Of a stretch of DNA of 64,000 nucleotides, positions 39,571-47,514 are shown one piece after another. This DNA is from a bacterium (GTDB taxonomy: Bacteria; UBA8248), in contig CBDBZU010000004.1 of assembly GCA_965213625.1 (NCBI GenBank), forward strand, positions 64,001 to 128,000, given 5' to 3'. Every line of letters begins with the position of its first letter. The stretch's first letter is position 1. A program made the position numbers and the translations under genes. The notes under the pieces were generated by a model. That model was not told the DNA's origin. It saw nothing but the letters and a program-made list of their open reading frames with translations, and ran no database searches.

Positions 39571-39808
39571 GCTCTGCGTCCTCTTTGGATGCCTTGTGGA
39601 ACATACCGAATCAAGGCGACGCGAACCCGGACGGATTGTTCGTAACAACCGGAAAGACCCGGGCGACGCCGCCTCGAAGTCGGACGCATTGTAATCCGCG
39701 TGAATTGCGGAATGCAATGGAGCGCAGGGCTAAGATGGTTTGGAATTCAAGAGAATTGGGTGAACATGGCGGTGAACGTAAAGATGTGACCACATCACGG
39801 CCACCATA

Positions 39809-40060
39809 CTAGTTTCCGAACAGGCGCTGATTCACTTCATCCCGCGTCAGTCCAAAGCGCACAGCGACATCGGATACTATCGCGCTTAAAGTGCCCACAC
39901 GTATATGGCTATGTTTCGGGATAGTGACGTTATGCTCCGCCCCCTGGACTACGGCAGTCAGTGTCATGTGACTGCCTTTCTGGCGAGCGTGTCGATAGCC
40001 GAAGTGGCGTCTTAACAACCCGGCCAACTCATCACCGGATATATCACGGGGCAATCTCAT
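39809..40060 (-). CDS. hicA: Type II TA toxin, HicA family
   Basis: MRLPRDISG, RQKGSH, TIPKH, GTLSAI. Start overlaps the upstream stop (ATGA). Confidence 0.88.
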   Translation of the reverse strand: MRLPRDISGDELAGLLRRHFGYRHARQKGSHMTLTAVVQGAEHNVTIPKHSHIRVGTLSAIVSDVAVRFGLTRDEVNQRLFGN

Positions 40061-40272
40061 ACTGCGATAACTTCGTCCTTGACGAGATGTAACCTGACTA
40101 TTCCGGGCGCGTCCTCTTCCCCGAAATGGCAAAGCACCGCTTCTCTGACCATAGACTTCAGGTCGTCCCAGTCCTTCCCCTGGGTGAAGATACTGTAGCC
40201 CAGCGCCTTGGCGTCATAGCCGCCTTCTACGGCTTCGGTCACTTCGAAAATTACTTCGCTTGGTTTCATCAT
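40057..40272 (-). CDS. Short HicB-like antitoxin
   Basis: EVIFEV.EA.EGGY.A.ALGYSIFTQG..WDDLK.MVREAV.CHF. Coupled to hicA. Confidence 0.82.
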   Translation of the reverse strand: MMKPSEVIFEVTEAVEGGYDAKALGYSIFTQGKDWDDLKSMVREAVLCHFGEEDAPGIVRLHLVKDEVIAV

Positions 40273-40761
40273 CAGCCTCGCGTTCACGAAAAACAAAATA
40301 TAGCAAGTAATGGTTTAGCAAACTAGCCCAAATGAGGATGCCTGAGCCAATACTTTCATCTCAAAAACTTACCCATCCTCATTGAAACCGGTTTGGAGGG
40401 CAGTATGAAGTACGATGACCTCCCCTTCATTCGGCCCGGACCGGCCGGGTTCTGATCAATGCGAAGCTCACACCGGCCGACACGCATTTTCTCCATATTG
40501 ACGGAGATTCGTCTTGTTCCCGTATTTCATGAATCACCCGCATTCAAACCCGCATCCCGGCGCATATTCGGGGTCGACGTGAATAAGGTTTTCCGGCGCC
40601 CGGCGGTCCCGACAATCCTGACCTCGGTTGTAACGCTCGCTGCTTCGCAGAAAGGACTTTTTCGCCTACGATGGGGCTATGCCGAGAGAGAGGCGGAAGC
40701 CCCGCCCCCGAACCTCGATCATATCGCCGAGCCCGGTCTAAAACGTCTTAAGGAGCGAGAA

Positions 40762-42276
40762 ATGCAAACGAGACCGAACGTCCTCTTGATCAATACCGAC
40801 CACTGGTCCTCGCCCCTGCTTGGGGCGGCGGGGCACCCCTGCATCCTGACGCCGACGCTCGACACCTTCTGCAAAAACGGCGTGCGCTTCACGAACGCTT
40901 ATTCCGAACACCCGTTCTGCATACCGGCGAGGCGGTCGCTCATGACCGGCGCCAGCGCCCGCGCCCACGGCGACCGCGTTTTCAGCCCGACGATGCTGAT
41001 GCCCGACCACCTGCCGACGATGGCGCAGACCTTCCGCGACGCGGGCTATCAGGCGTACGCAGTGGGGAAGATTCACGTATATCCCCAGCGCGATCGCATC
41101 GGCTTCGACGACGTCATCCTGGACGATGAGGGCCGCTCGATTTACAACGTCGCGGATGATTACGACATTTATCTCGGCGACATCGGCTACACGGGCCGCC
41201 AGTTCGATCACGGCATGGGGAACAACCAGTACACCTACCGGGCATGGCATCTGCCCGAGGCGACGCACCCCACGAACTGGACCACCCGCATGATGGCGCG
41301 CACAATCAAGAGGCGCGACCCGATGCGGCCGGCTTTCTGGTATCTCTCCTACCGCCATCCGCATCCGCCGCTCGTGCCGCTGCAGGCCTACCTGGATATC
41401 TACCGCGATATTCCCATCGACGAGCCGTTCGTGGGCGAATGGGCGCGCGAGCGCGACAGGCTCCCCTATAACGCGCAGGCCACCCAGTCGCGCGGCGACC
41501 TGTACGGTGAAGGGGCGATTATCGACGCGCGCCGGGCGTTCTACGCGCTGTGCACCCATATCGAGCACCAGATCCGGATCATCATCGGCACCCTGCGCGA
41601 GGAAAGCCTCACCAACGACACGATAATCTGCTTCACGTCCGATCACGGCGACATGCTCGGCAACCACGGCATGTGGGCCAAGCGCGTCTTCTACGAATAC
41701 TCCGCCGGGATTCCGATGATCCTGGCGGGTCTCCCGGACGATGCACGCGTAGGCTCGGGCCGCGTCGACGACCGCCTCGTCTGCCTGCAGGACGTCATGC
41801 CCACCCTGCTCGACCTATGCGACATCGATATCCCCGAGACGGTGGAGGGCCTCTCGATGGTCGGCGAGGAGAAGCGGGAATTCCTCTTCGGCGAGGCGGG
41901 CGAGGATGCGCATTGCTCCCGAATGGTTCACGACGGGCGCCACAAGCTCATCTACTACCCGGTCGGACACTTCTTCCAGCTCTTCGATTTACAAGTTGAC
42001 CCGAACGAACTCGTGGACCTCTTCACGGACCCCGACTACGCTGACGTACTATCCCGGTTGAGTGAGACGCTGGAGGGACAGATGTACGGAAGCGACGAAA
42101 AGTGGCTCGAAAACGGAAAGCTCGTCGGCGAGCCGGGCCGGCGGTTCAAGCCTGGCCCCGACCGCACGCTGTCCGCCATGCGCGGAGACCAGTGGCCGTT
42201 TCCCCCGGCCACCGAAGAAGGCTTTCTGGAGTGGTTCCCGGAGACGAAGAGCAAGGAGACCGACGACGCCGGTTGA
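40762..42276 (+). CDS. Formylglycine-dependent sulfatase (choline-sulfatase-like)
   Basis: RPNVLLI.TD, TPTLD, CIPARRSLMTG (CxPxR), GKIH, PHPP, TSDHGDMLG.H..WAK. AAGGAG RBS. Confidence 0.93.
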   Translation: MQTRPNVLLINTDHWSSPLLGAAGHPCILTPTLDTFCKNGVRFTNAYSEHPFCIPARRSLMTGASARAHGDRVFSPTMLMPDHLPTMAQTFRDAGYQAYAVGKIHVYPQRDRIGFDDVILDDEGRSIYNVADDYDIYLGDIGYTGRQFDHGMGNNQYTYRAWHLPEATHPTNWTTRMMARTIKRRDPMRPAFWYLSYRHPHPPLVPLQAYLDIYRDIPIDEPFVGEWARERDRLPYNAQATQSRGDLYGEGAIIDARRAFYALCTHIEHQIRIIIGTLREESLTNDTIICFTSDHGDMLGNHGMWAKRVFYEYSAGIPMILAGLPDDARVGSGRVDDRLVCLQDVMPTLLDLCDIDIPETVEGLSMVGEEKREFLFGEAGEDAHCSRMVHDGRHKLIYYPVGHFFQLFDLQVDPNELVDLFTDPDYADVLSRLSETLEGQMYGSDEKWLENGKLVGEPGRRFKPGPDRTLSAMRGDQWPFPPATEEGFLEWFPETKSKETDDAG

Positions 42277-42410
42277 GGGGCCTGAGTGAATCTCGGCAGG
42301 GGGGGTAATTACACGGCGTCTTTTCGTTCCTGAGAAGTCAGTTTGGTTGTATTTCTGGTGGAGACGGCGGGGAATCGCGCAAGGCTACCGTCGCGGGCGT
42401 CTTCGCGCGC

Positions 42411-43226
42411 CTATTCGTCGAGTTGCGCGCTCTTCACGATGTATCCGCCGGACTTTTTGTCGAATTCCAGTTTCAGCATCCCGCGGGCTTTCGCGTCTTC
42501 GAGCAAGTGTTTGAACGTTTTGTATCCGTGATAGGATTCGCTGAATCCCGGTTTGCGGCGTTTCAGGGCCTGCTTCACCATCGATCCCCAGACCTTTTCT
42601 TCCTCGCCCCGCTCCCGGGACAAGTCCTCGGTCGTCTCCAGGACCAGATTGAGCCCTTCCAGCCGTTTTTCCTCGTCGCCGTCGACGACTTTCTTTCTTC
42701 CGGCGCGGGCGGTCGGCCGCTTCCGTTTGGCCTTTCCCTGTTTTTCGGTCTCGCGCATCAAGTCGTCGTAAAAGATGAACTCGTCGCAGCTCGAGGTCAG
42801 CAAGTCGGAGGTCGAGTTCTTTACGCCGACGCCGACAACCACCTTGTTGTTCTCGCGGAGCTTGCTGACCAAAGGCGAAAAATCGGAATCGCCGCTGATA
42901 ATCACGAAAGTATCGACGTGCGCCTTGGTATAGCAGAGGTCCAATGCGTCGACGACCATGCGGATGTCGGCGGAGTTCTTGCCGGACATGCGGACATGCG
43001 GTATTTCGATCAACTCGAAGGCCGCCTCGTGCATGGGAGCCTTGAATTCCTTGTAGCGCGCCCAGTTGCAATATGCCTTCTTGACGACAATGCTGCCCCT
43101 GAGCAGTAAGCGCTCCAGCACTCTTTGAATATCAAAATCCGCGTATTTGGCTTCGCGCACGCCAAGGGCGATATTTTCGAAATCACAAAACAGAGCCAAG
43201 TTCTGAATCGTGCTTTTTTCGTTCAT
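42411..43226 (-). CDS. NYN/LabA (DUF88) protein with C-terminal OST-HTH/LOTUS domain
   Basis: ALFCDFEN, GKNSADIRMVVDALD, SGDSDFSPL, FSESYHGYKTF..LL. Confidence 0.92.
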   Translation of the reverse strand: MNEKSTIQNLALFCDFENIALGVREAKYADFDIQRVLERLLLRGSIVVKKAYCNWARYKEFKAPMHEAAFELIEIPHVRMSGKNSADIRMVVDALDLCYTKAHVDTFVIISGDSDFSPLVSKLRENNKVVVGVGVKNSTSDLLTSSCDEFIFYDDLMRETEKQGKAKRKRPTARAGRKKVVDGDEEKRLEGLNLVLETTEDLSRERGEEEKVWGSMVKQALKRRKPGFSESYHGYKTFKHLLEDAKARGMLKLEFDKKSGGYIVKSAQLDE

Positions 43227-43243
43227 TTAAACTCCTGTTCGAT

Positions 43244-43264
43244 TGGCGGCGCATGGCGCCGCCA
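43244..43264 (-). terminator. GC-rich hairpin downstream of ssrA
   Basis: TGGCGGCGC-ATG-GCGCCGCCA, about 12 nt past the CCA end. No clear U tract. Confidence 0.45.
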
Positions 43265-43275
43265 GTATTGTATTT

Positions 43276-43636
43276 TGGTGGAGGCGGCGGGAATCGAACC
43301 CGCGTCCGCAAGGCTTCCGTCGTGAGCGTCTACGCGCGTAGCCGGTGGAAAGGGTTTCGCCCGGTCTCAAGCCCACCGGCGGGCCATCCTCCGGGCTAGT
43401 CCGATTAGATTTCGCCTAGCAGGCTCCGGACCGAAACCTGGGTCGGCTAGTCCGCATCATGACGTTCCGCACCTCCCCCGCGGACGAGGCGAGGGGGAAC
43501 GCTCGCTAGCGTTTAAGCAGCGAGAGCCAGCTCGTTGTCGGCTGGTGTGATTTTGCCACATTGATAACGGGGCCAAGTGGCGTCCCCGGCGCGCAGCTCA
43601 GACTTCAAATCCTCCCGTCGAAGCCAGATCGCCCCC
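43276..43636 (-). ncRNA. ssrA: tmRNA, tag peptide probably (A)ADNELALAA
   Basis: 5' GGGGGCG pairs with CGCCTCC-ACCA (G3:U). T-arm GCGGGTTCGATTCCCGC. Tag ORF at 43542-43513 ends GCT GCT TAA. Near smpB. Confidence 0.96.
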
Positions 43637-43697
43637 ATAAGAAATGAAGCAGAGGCTCCGAGGCGGCGATCATGGCCCCGGGCCCGTTTCTTATACG

Positions 43698-43904
43698 CTA
43701 TTTACGTCTCCTCCACATTTCGGGATAGAAGTCGTAGCTCAGATATGCGGCGGGGAGCAGGAATACCAGCCATATCCACAGCAGCCAGCCCTCGAAGGCT
43801 CCCGGCCAAGTAGCGCCTATGGCCAGACCGAACGCGGCCAACGAGATTTTCAGCAGACTCACCTGCCACCAGCGCATCGTGTAGTCCTTGAAAATGTGCA
43901 TCAT
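43698..43904 (-). CDS. Small 2-TM membrane protein
   Basis: 68-aa hydrophobic, Trp-rich ORF whose start overlaps the smpB stop. Confidence 0.65.
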   Translation of the reverse strand: MMHIFKDYTMRWWQVSLLKISLAAFGLAIGATWPGAFEGWLLWIWLVFLLPAAYLSYDFYPEMWRRRK

Positions 43905-44368
43905 CCCCGGTTCCTCTCCCTCAGCGCGCGCTCAATCTCGCGGTTCGCGGTGCGTTTTTTCAGCTCCTCGCGGCGGTCGTGGAACTTCTTGCCCTTCCCC
44001 ACGCCAATCTCCACCTTCGCGCGGCCCCGGGCGAAATACATCTTCATTGGCACGAGCGTCATGCCCCGCTCGTTCACCCGGCCGATCAAGCGTCCAATCT
44101 CGCGCTTGTGGAGCAGCAGCTTTCGCCTGCGCGTGGGCTCGTGGTTGTTGATGTTGCCGTGTCCGTAGGGGCTGATGTGGCAATCGACCAGCCATGCTTC
44201 GCCGTTGATGATGTCGCCGAAGCTCTCTTTTAAGTTCGCGCGGCCCTCGCGGAGCGCCTTCACCTCCGTACCCGTGAGGACGAGGCCCGCCTCATAGGTC
44301 TCATCGATCGCATAATCGGCGCGGGCGCGCCTGTTCTCGGCAACGATTTTTATCCCGCCCGCCATCAC
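43901..44368 (-). CDS. smpB: SsrA-binding protein
   Basis: NRRAR.DY, EAGLVLTGTEVKALR, RKLLLHKREI, GKGKK.HDRR. Confidence 0.98.
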   Translation of the reverse strand: MMAGGIKIVAENRRARADYAIDETYEAGLVLTGTEVKALREGRANLKESFGDIINGEAWLVDCHISPYGHGNINNHEPTRRRKLLLHKREIGRLIGRVNERGMTLVPMKMYFARGRAKVEIGVGKGKKFHDRREELKKRTANREIERALRERNRG

Positions 44369-44529
44369 GACACCTCACGAATCCTGAGAAAAAGAAAAAG
44401 GAGCGCATCGCTCCCTGAGTCTCTCCCATATCGAGAAACAATATAGCCCTTCACGGAATTTTTCGCCACAAGGAAAAATTCATGGCTGAATCAATTATCG
44501 CCAATCAGACGTCAAGGAGGCTGGGAGGC

Positions 44530-46821
44530 TCAGGAGCGCTTTCTCCGCTTAATCGCCGCTTTACCCTTCTTCTTGCGCCGTGGGCTCGAGGGTTTCTTCT
44601 TCCCGGAGCGACGACGCTCGGTGGAAATCGCCGCGCGGCGCGATTCCGCCGCATCGCCGACCAACTCCCTCGTCCCGCCCGCCATCAACTGGAACGTGAC
44701 GCGTCGCGAGGCCAGCTCCACGCCCTCCACCCGCACCGTGACGGGATCGCCCAGGCGGAATCTGCGGCCGGTCCTTCGGCCCAGCACGGCGTGTTCCTCT
44801 GGTATATAGGCGTAGTAGTCATCCGTCATGAATTCGAGCGGGACCATGCCCTCCACAAAAATATCCTCTAATTCCACGAAAATCCCGAAATTCGCGACGC
44901 CCGAGACGTGTCCCCGAAAGCGCTCGCCGACCTTATCGCGCATGAAGAGCGCCTTCATGAAATCGACCATCTCGCGCGAGGCGGCCTCCGCAGTCCTGTC
45001 TCGCTCGGAAATATCTTGGCAAAGGGCGGCGAGCGGCTTCACCTGCGGCTTTCCGCCTTCGCCGTGAATGAGCCGCGCGAGCCTTCTGTGGACGCACAGG
45101 TCAGCGTATCGGCGGATGGGCGAGGTGAAATGCGTGTAGCGCTCGAAGCCCAGTCCGAAGTGAAGGGCGGGCGCCGCCTCATAGCGCGCAAGCTTCATGC
45201 TCCTGAGCGCCGCGAAGTTCACATAACGCTCCACGTCCGACCCCTCCACGGCGTCGAATACCTCCTGAAGCCCGCCGGGACGCTTGAGTTCCTCCAGACG
45301 CGGCGCTTTCATGCCCAGTTTTGAGAGAATCGCCCTTAAACCCTGGAGATTCTCCTCCGCCGGCGCCTCATGGACGCGGAAGACGGAAGCCCCGCCCGCG
45401 CAGGCGATATATTCCGCCACCGCCCGGTTCGCCGCCAGCATGCATTCTTCAATCAGGCGGTGCGCGGAAGTTCTGGGAGCGCGCTCTATGCCCGTCGGCA
45501 ATCCCTCCTTATCGAGCAGCACCTGGGCTTCGGGCAAATCGAAATCGAGACTGCCCCAGCGCATACGACCCGCGTGGAGCTTCTCCGCAAGCGCCGATAA
45601 CTCCCGGAGCGGTTCTTCGAGCGCGCGTGCGCTTTCCGCCTCGTTCACCTCTGGAATCTCCTCGCCTTCCAGAACCGCAGCCGCGCCGCGATAGGTCAAG
45701 GATGCGCGCGAGCGAATGCGCGCAAAGGTGAGGCGCATTTCCGATTGGTTCCCGTATCGGTCAAAATCGATGAAGACGCTCAAGGTCCTGCGAACGGCCC
45801 CCTCGCCCAGAGAACACACCTCGCCCGTGAGGCGGGGCGGCAGCATGGGCACTGCCCTGTCCGGGAGATAAACGCTCGTCCCCCGATCGAGGGCTTCTTT
45901 GTCTATCGCGCCGCCTGGTTTCACGTAATGGCCCACATCGGCGATGTGGACACCCAAGCGGCAGCCGCCGAACTTGAGTTTTTCTATAGAAACCGCGTCG
46001 TCACGGTCACGCGCGTCGAAAGGATCGATGGTGAACGCGCACAGATCCCTCAAATCTTCCACACCCTCCGGGAAAGGAGTATCCTCCCCCGGCGGAGATA
46101 TTTTCTTTTCCTCATCCAGAACTTTTTTTGGGAAATCCTCGCGTATTCCGTGCTTGGCGAGCACCATCCGCCCCTCCGCGGCGGGGTCTTCGGGATAGCC
46201 GAACGACCTCAGGATACGCCCTCTGGCGGGCTCTTTCTGCGTGGGATAGCGGGTAATCTCCACCTCCACCCACTCGCCCCGCTTCGCTCCTCCCCGCTCA
46301 CCTGCGCCCAGCACCACGAGGTGCGGTATGCGCCCTCCCTGGGGCTCCACCCACGCGCTACGTCCCTCCACGCAGAGCCTGCCCACCAGGGTTTCGTGCG
46401 CGCGCTCTATCACGTCGAGCACGGTGCCCTCGAGCCTCCCGTCGGGATGGACCTTCTCCACCCTGGCGGAGACCGTATCGCCGTCCATTGCGCCCCGTGT
46501 GCGGGTTTTCTTGATCATGATGTCGGGAGACTTTTCTTTATCGCCGGATTGGCCTGGAGCCACGAACCCGTAGCCTTGCGCGTGTCCCCGGAATCGCCCC
46601 TGGTATATGGAGAGGGAACCCGGCGTCGAATAGCGGCCGCGCACGCGGACGAGCGCACCCTCTTCCGCCATGACGCGCAGGCGTTTTCTGAGCGCAGGCC
46701 GCGCGTCGGAGGGTACTTCGAGCAGGCGCACGAGTTCTCGCACGGCCATCGGCCTGTCCTCACGGGCGATCAGGCGGAATATCTTCTTATCGTCTGGAAT
46801 TGCTGCCTGGTTGCGCCTCAT
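44530..46821 (-). CDS. rnr: Ribonuclease R
   Basis: GYGFV CSD, FTIDPFDARDRDDA, VHIADV, YTHFTSPIRRYADL, S1 domain, basic tail. Confidence 0.96.
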   Translation of the reverse strand: MRRNQAAIPDDKKIFRLIAREDRPMAVRELVRLLEVPSDARPALRKRLRVMAEEGALVRVRGRYSTPGSLSIYQGRFRGHAQGYGFVAPGQSGDKEKSPDIMIKKTRTRGAMDGDTVSARVEKVHPDGRLEGTVLDVIERAHETLVGRLCVEGRSAWVEPQGGRIPHLVVLGAGERGGAKRGEWVEVEITRYPTQKEPARGRILRSFGYPEDPAAEGRMVLAKHGIREDFPKKVLDEEKKISPPGEDTPFPEGVEDLRDLCAFTIDPFDARDRDDAVSIEKLKFGGCRLGVHIADVGHYVKPGGAIDKEALDRGTSVYLPDRAVPMLPPRLTGEVCSLGEGAVRRTLSVFIDFDRYGNQSEMRLTFARIRSRASLTYRGAAAVLEGEEIPEVNEAESARALEEPLRELSALAEKLHAGRMRWGSLDFDLPEAQVLLDKEGLPTGIERAPRTSAHRLIEECMLAANRAVAEYIACAGGASVFRVHEAPAEENLQGLRAILSKLGMKAPRLEELKRPGGLQEVFDAVEGSDVERYVNFAALRSMKLARYEAAPALHFGLGFERYTHFTSPIRRYADLCVHRRLARLIHGEGGKPQVKPLAALCQDISERDRTAEAASREMVDFMKALFMRDKVGERFRGHVSGVANFGIFVELEDIFVEGMVPLEFMTDDYYAYIPEEHAVLGRRTGRRFRLGDPVTVRVEGVELASRRVTFQLMAGGTRELVGDAAESRRAAISTERRRSGKKKPSSPRRKKKGKAAIKRRKRS

Positions 46822-46833
46822 GAACGATTCAAC

Positions 46834-47496
46834 TTATTCGACATCGTGGACGAACACCTGGTGGCAGTCCACGATGCCGGCATCGGCGAGCTGCACGCAG
46901 GTCAGGCACCCGCCGTTTACGGCGCGCGTGTCTATCCCCAAATAATACGGGAGTCTGTTATTGAGCCCGTCTGTCTGCGTGTGCCCGAAGATGACGGGAT
47001 TTCCGAAATCATATTCCGCGTAAAGGAATTCCTCCCGTATCCAGACCATATCCATCGGGTCCTGTCGGTCGATGGGAACGCCCGGCCTCAAACCGGCATG
47101 CACGAAGATGAATCCGCGGCTCGTATGAATCCACTCGAGGGCATTGAAGAATTTCAGATGCTCAGGCGGCACCAGAACGTCGCCTCCCTCATCACGGTAG
47201 TTTTCCAGCGTCGCGTCGCCGCCGTTCATGAGGTAGACGCCCGAATAATAGTTCCCGCCGCCCGCGAGATAATCCAGGAGCATGTCCTCATGATTGCCCC
47301 GCAGGAAAACGGCTTTTGGGTATTCGCGCTTGAAGCGGAGCAGCAAATCGACCACGGCCTTGGAATCGCGACCCCTGTCAATGTAATCACCGAGAAAGAC
47401 GATCTGGTCCTCCTCCTGGAAGGGCACGCGCTCCACCAGGGCTTCGAGCATGTGAATCTGGCCGTGGATGTCGCCGACCGCGTAGAGGTTGGACAT
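46834..47496 (-). CDS. Calcineurin-like metallophosphoesterase (PPP/ApaH-like)
   Basis: GDIHG, GDYIDRG, LRGNHE, FVHAG, FGHT. Confidence 0.93.
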   Translation of the reverse strand: MSNLYAVGDIHGQIHMLEALVERVPFQEEDQIVFLGDYIDRGRDSKAVVDLLLRFKREYPKAVFLRGNHEDMLLDYLAGGGNYYSGVYLMNGGDATLENYRDEGGDVLVPPEHLKFFNALEWIHTSRGFIFVHAGLRPGVPIDRQDPMDMVWIREEFLYAEYDFGNPVIFGHTQTDGLNNRLPYYLGIDTRAVNGGCLTCVQLADAGIVDCHQVFVHDVE

Positions 47497-47514
47497 GACG
47501 AACGTGCACCTCCG

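Noticed and set aside
43276-43310. att duplication of the ssrA 3' end marking an integrated element
   Set aside because: No second copy was noticed by eye and no integrase is present in the window.
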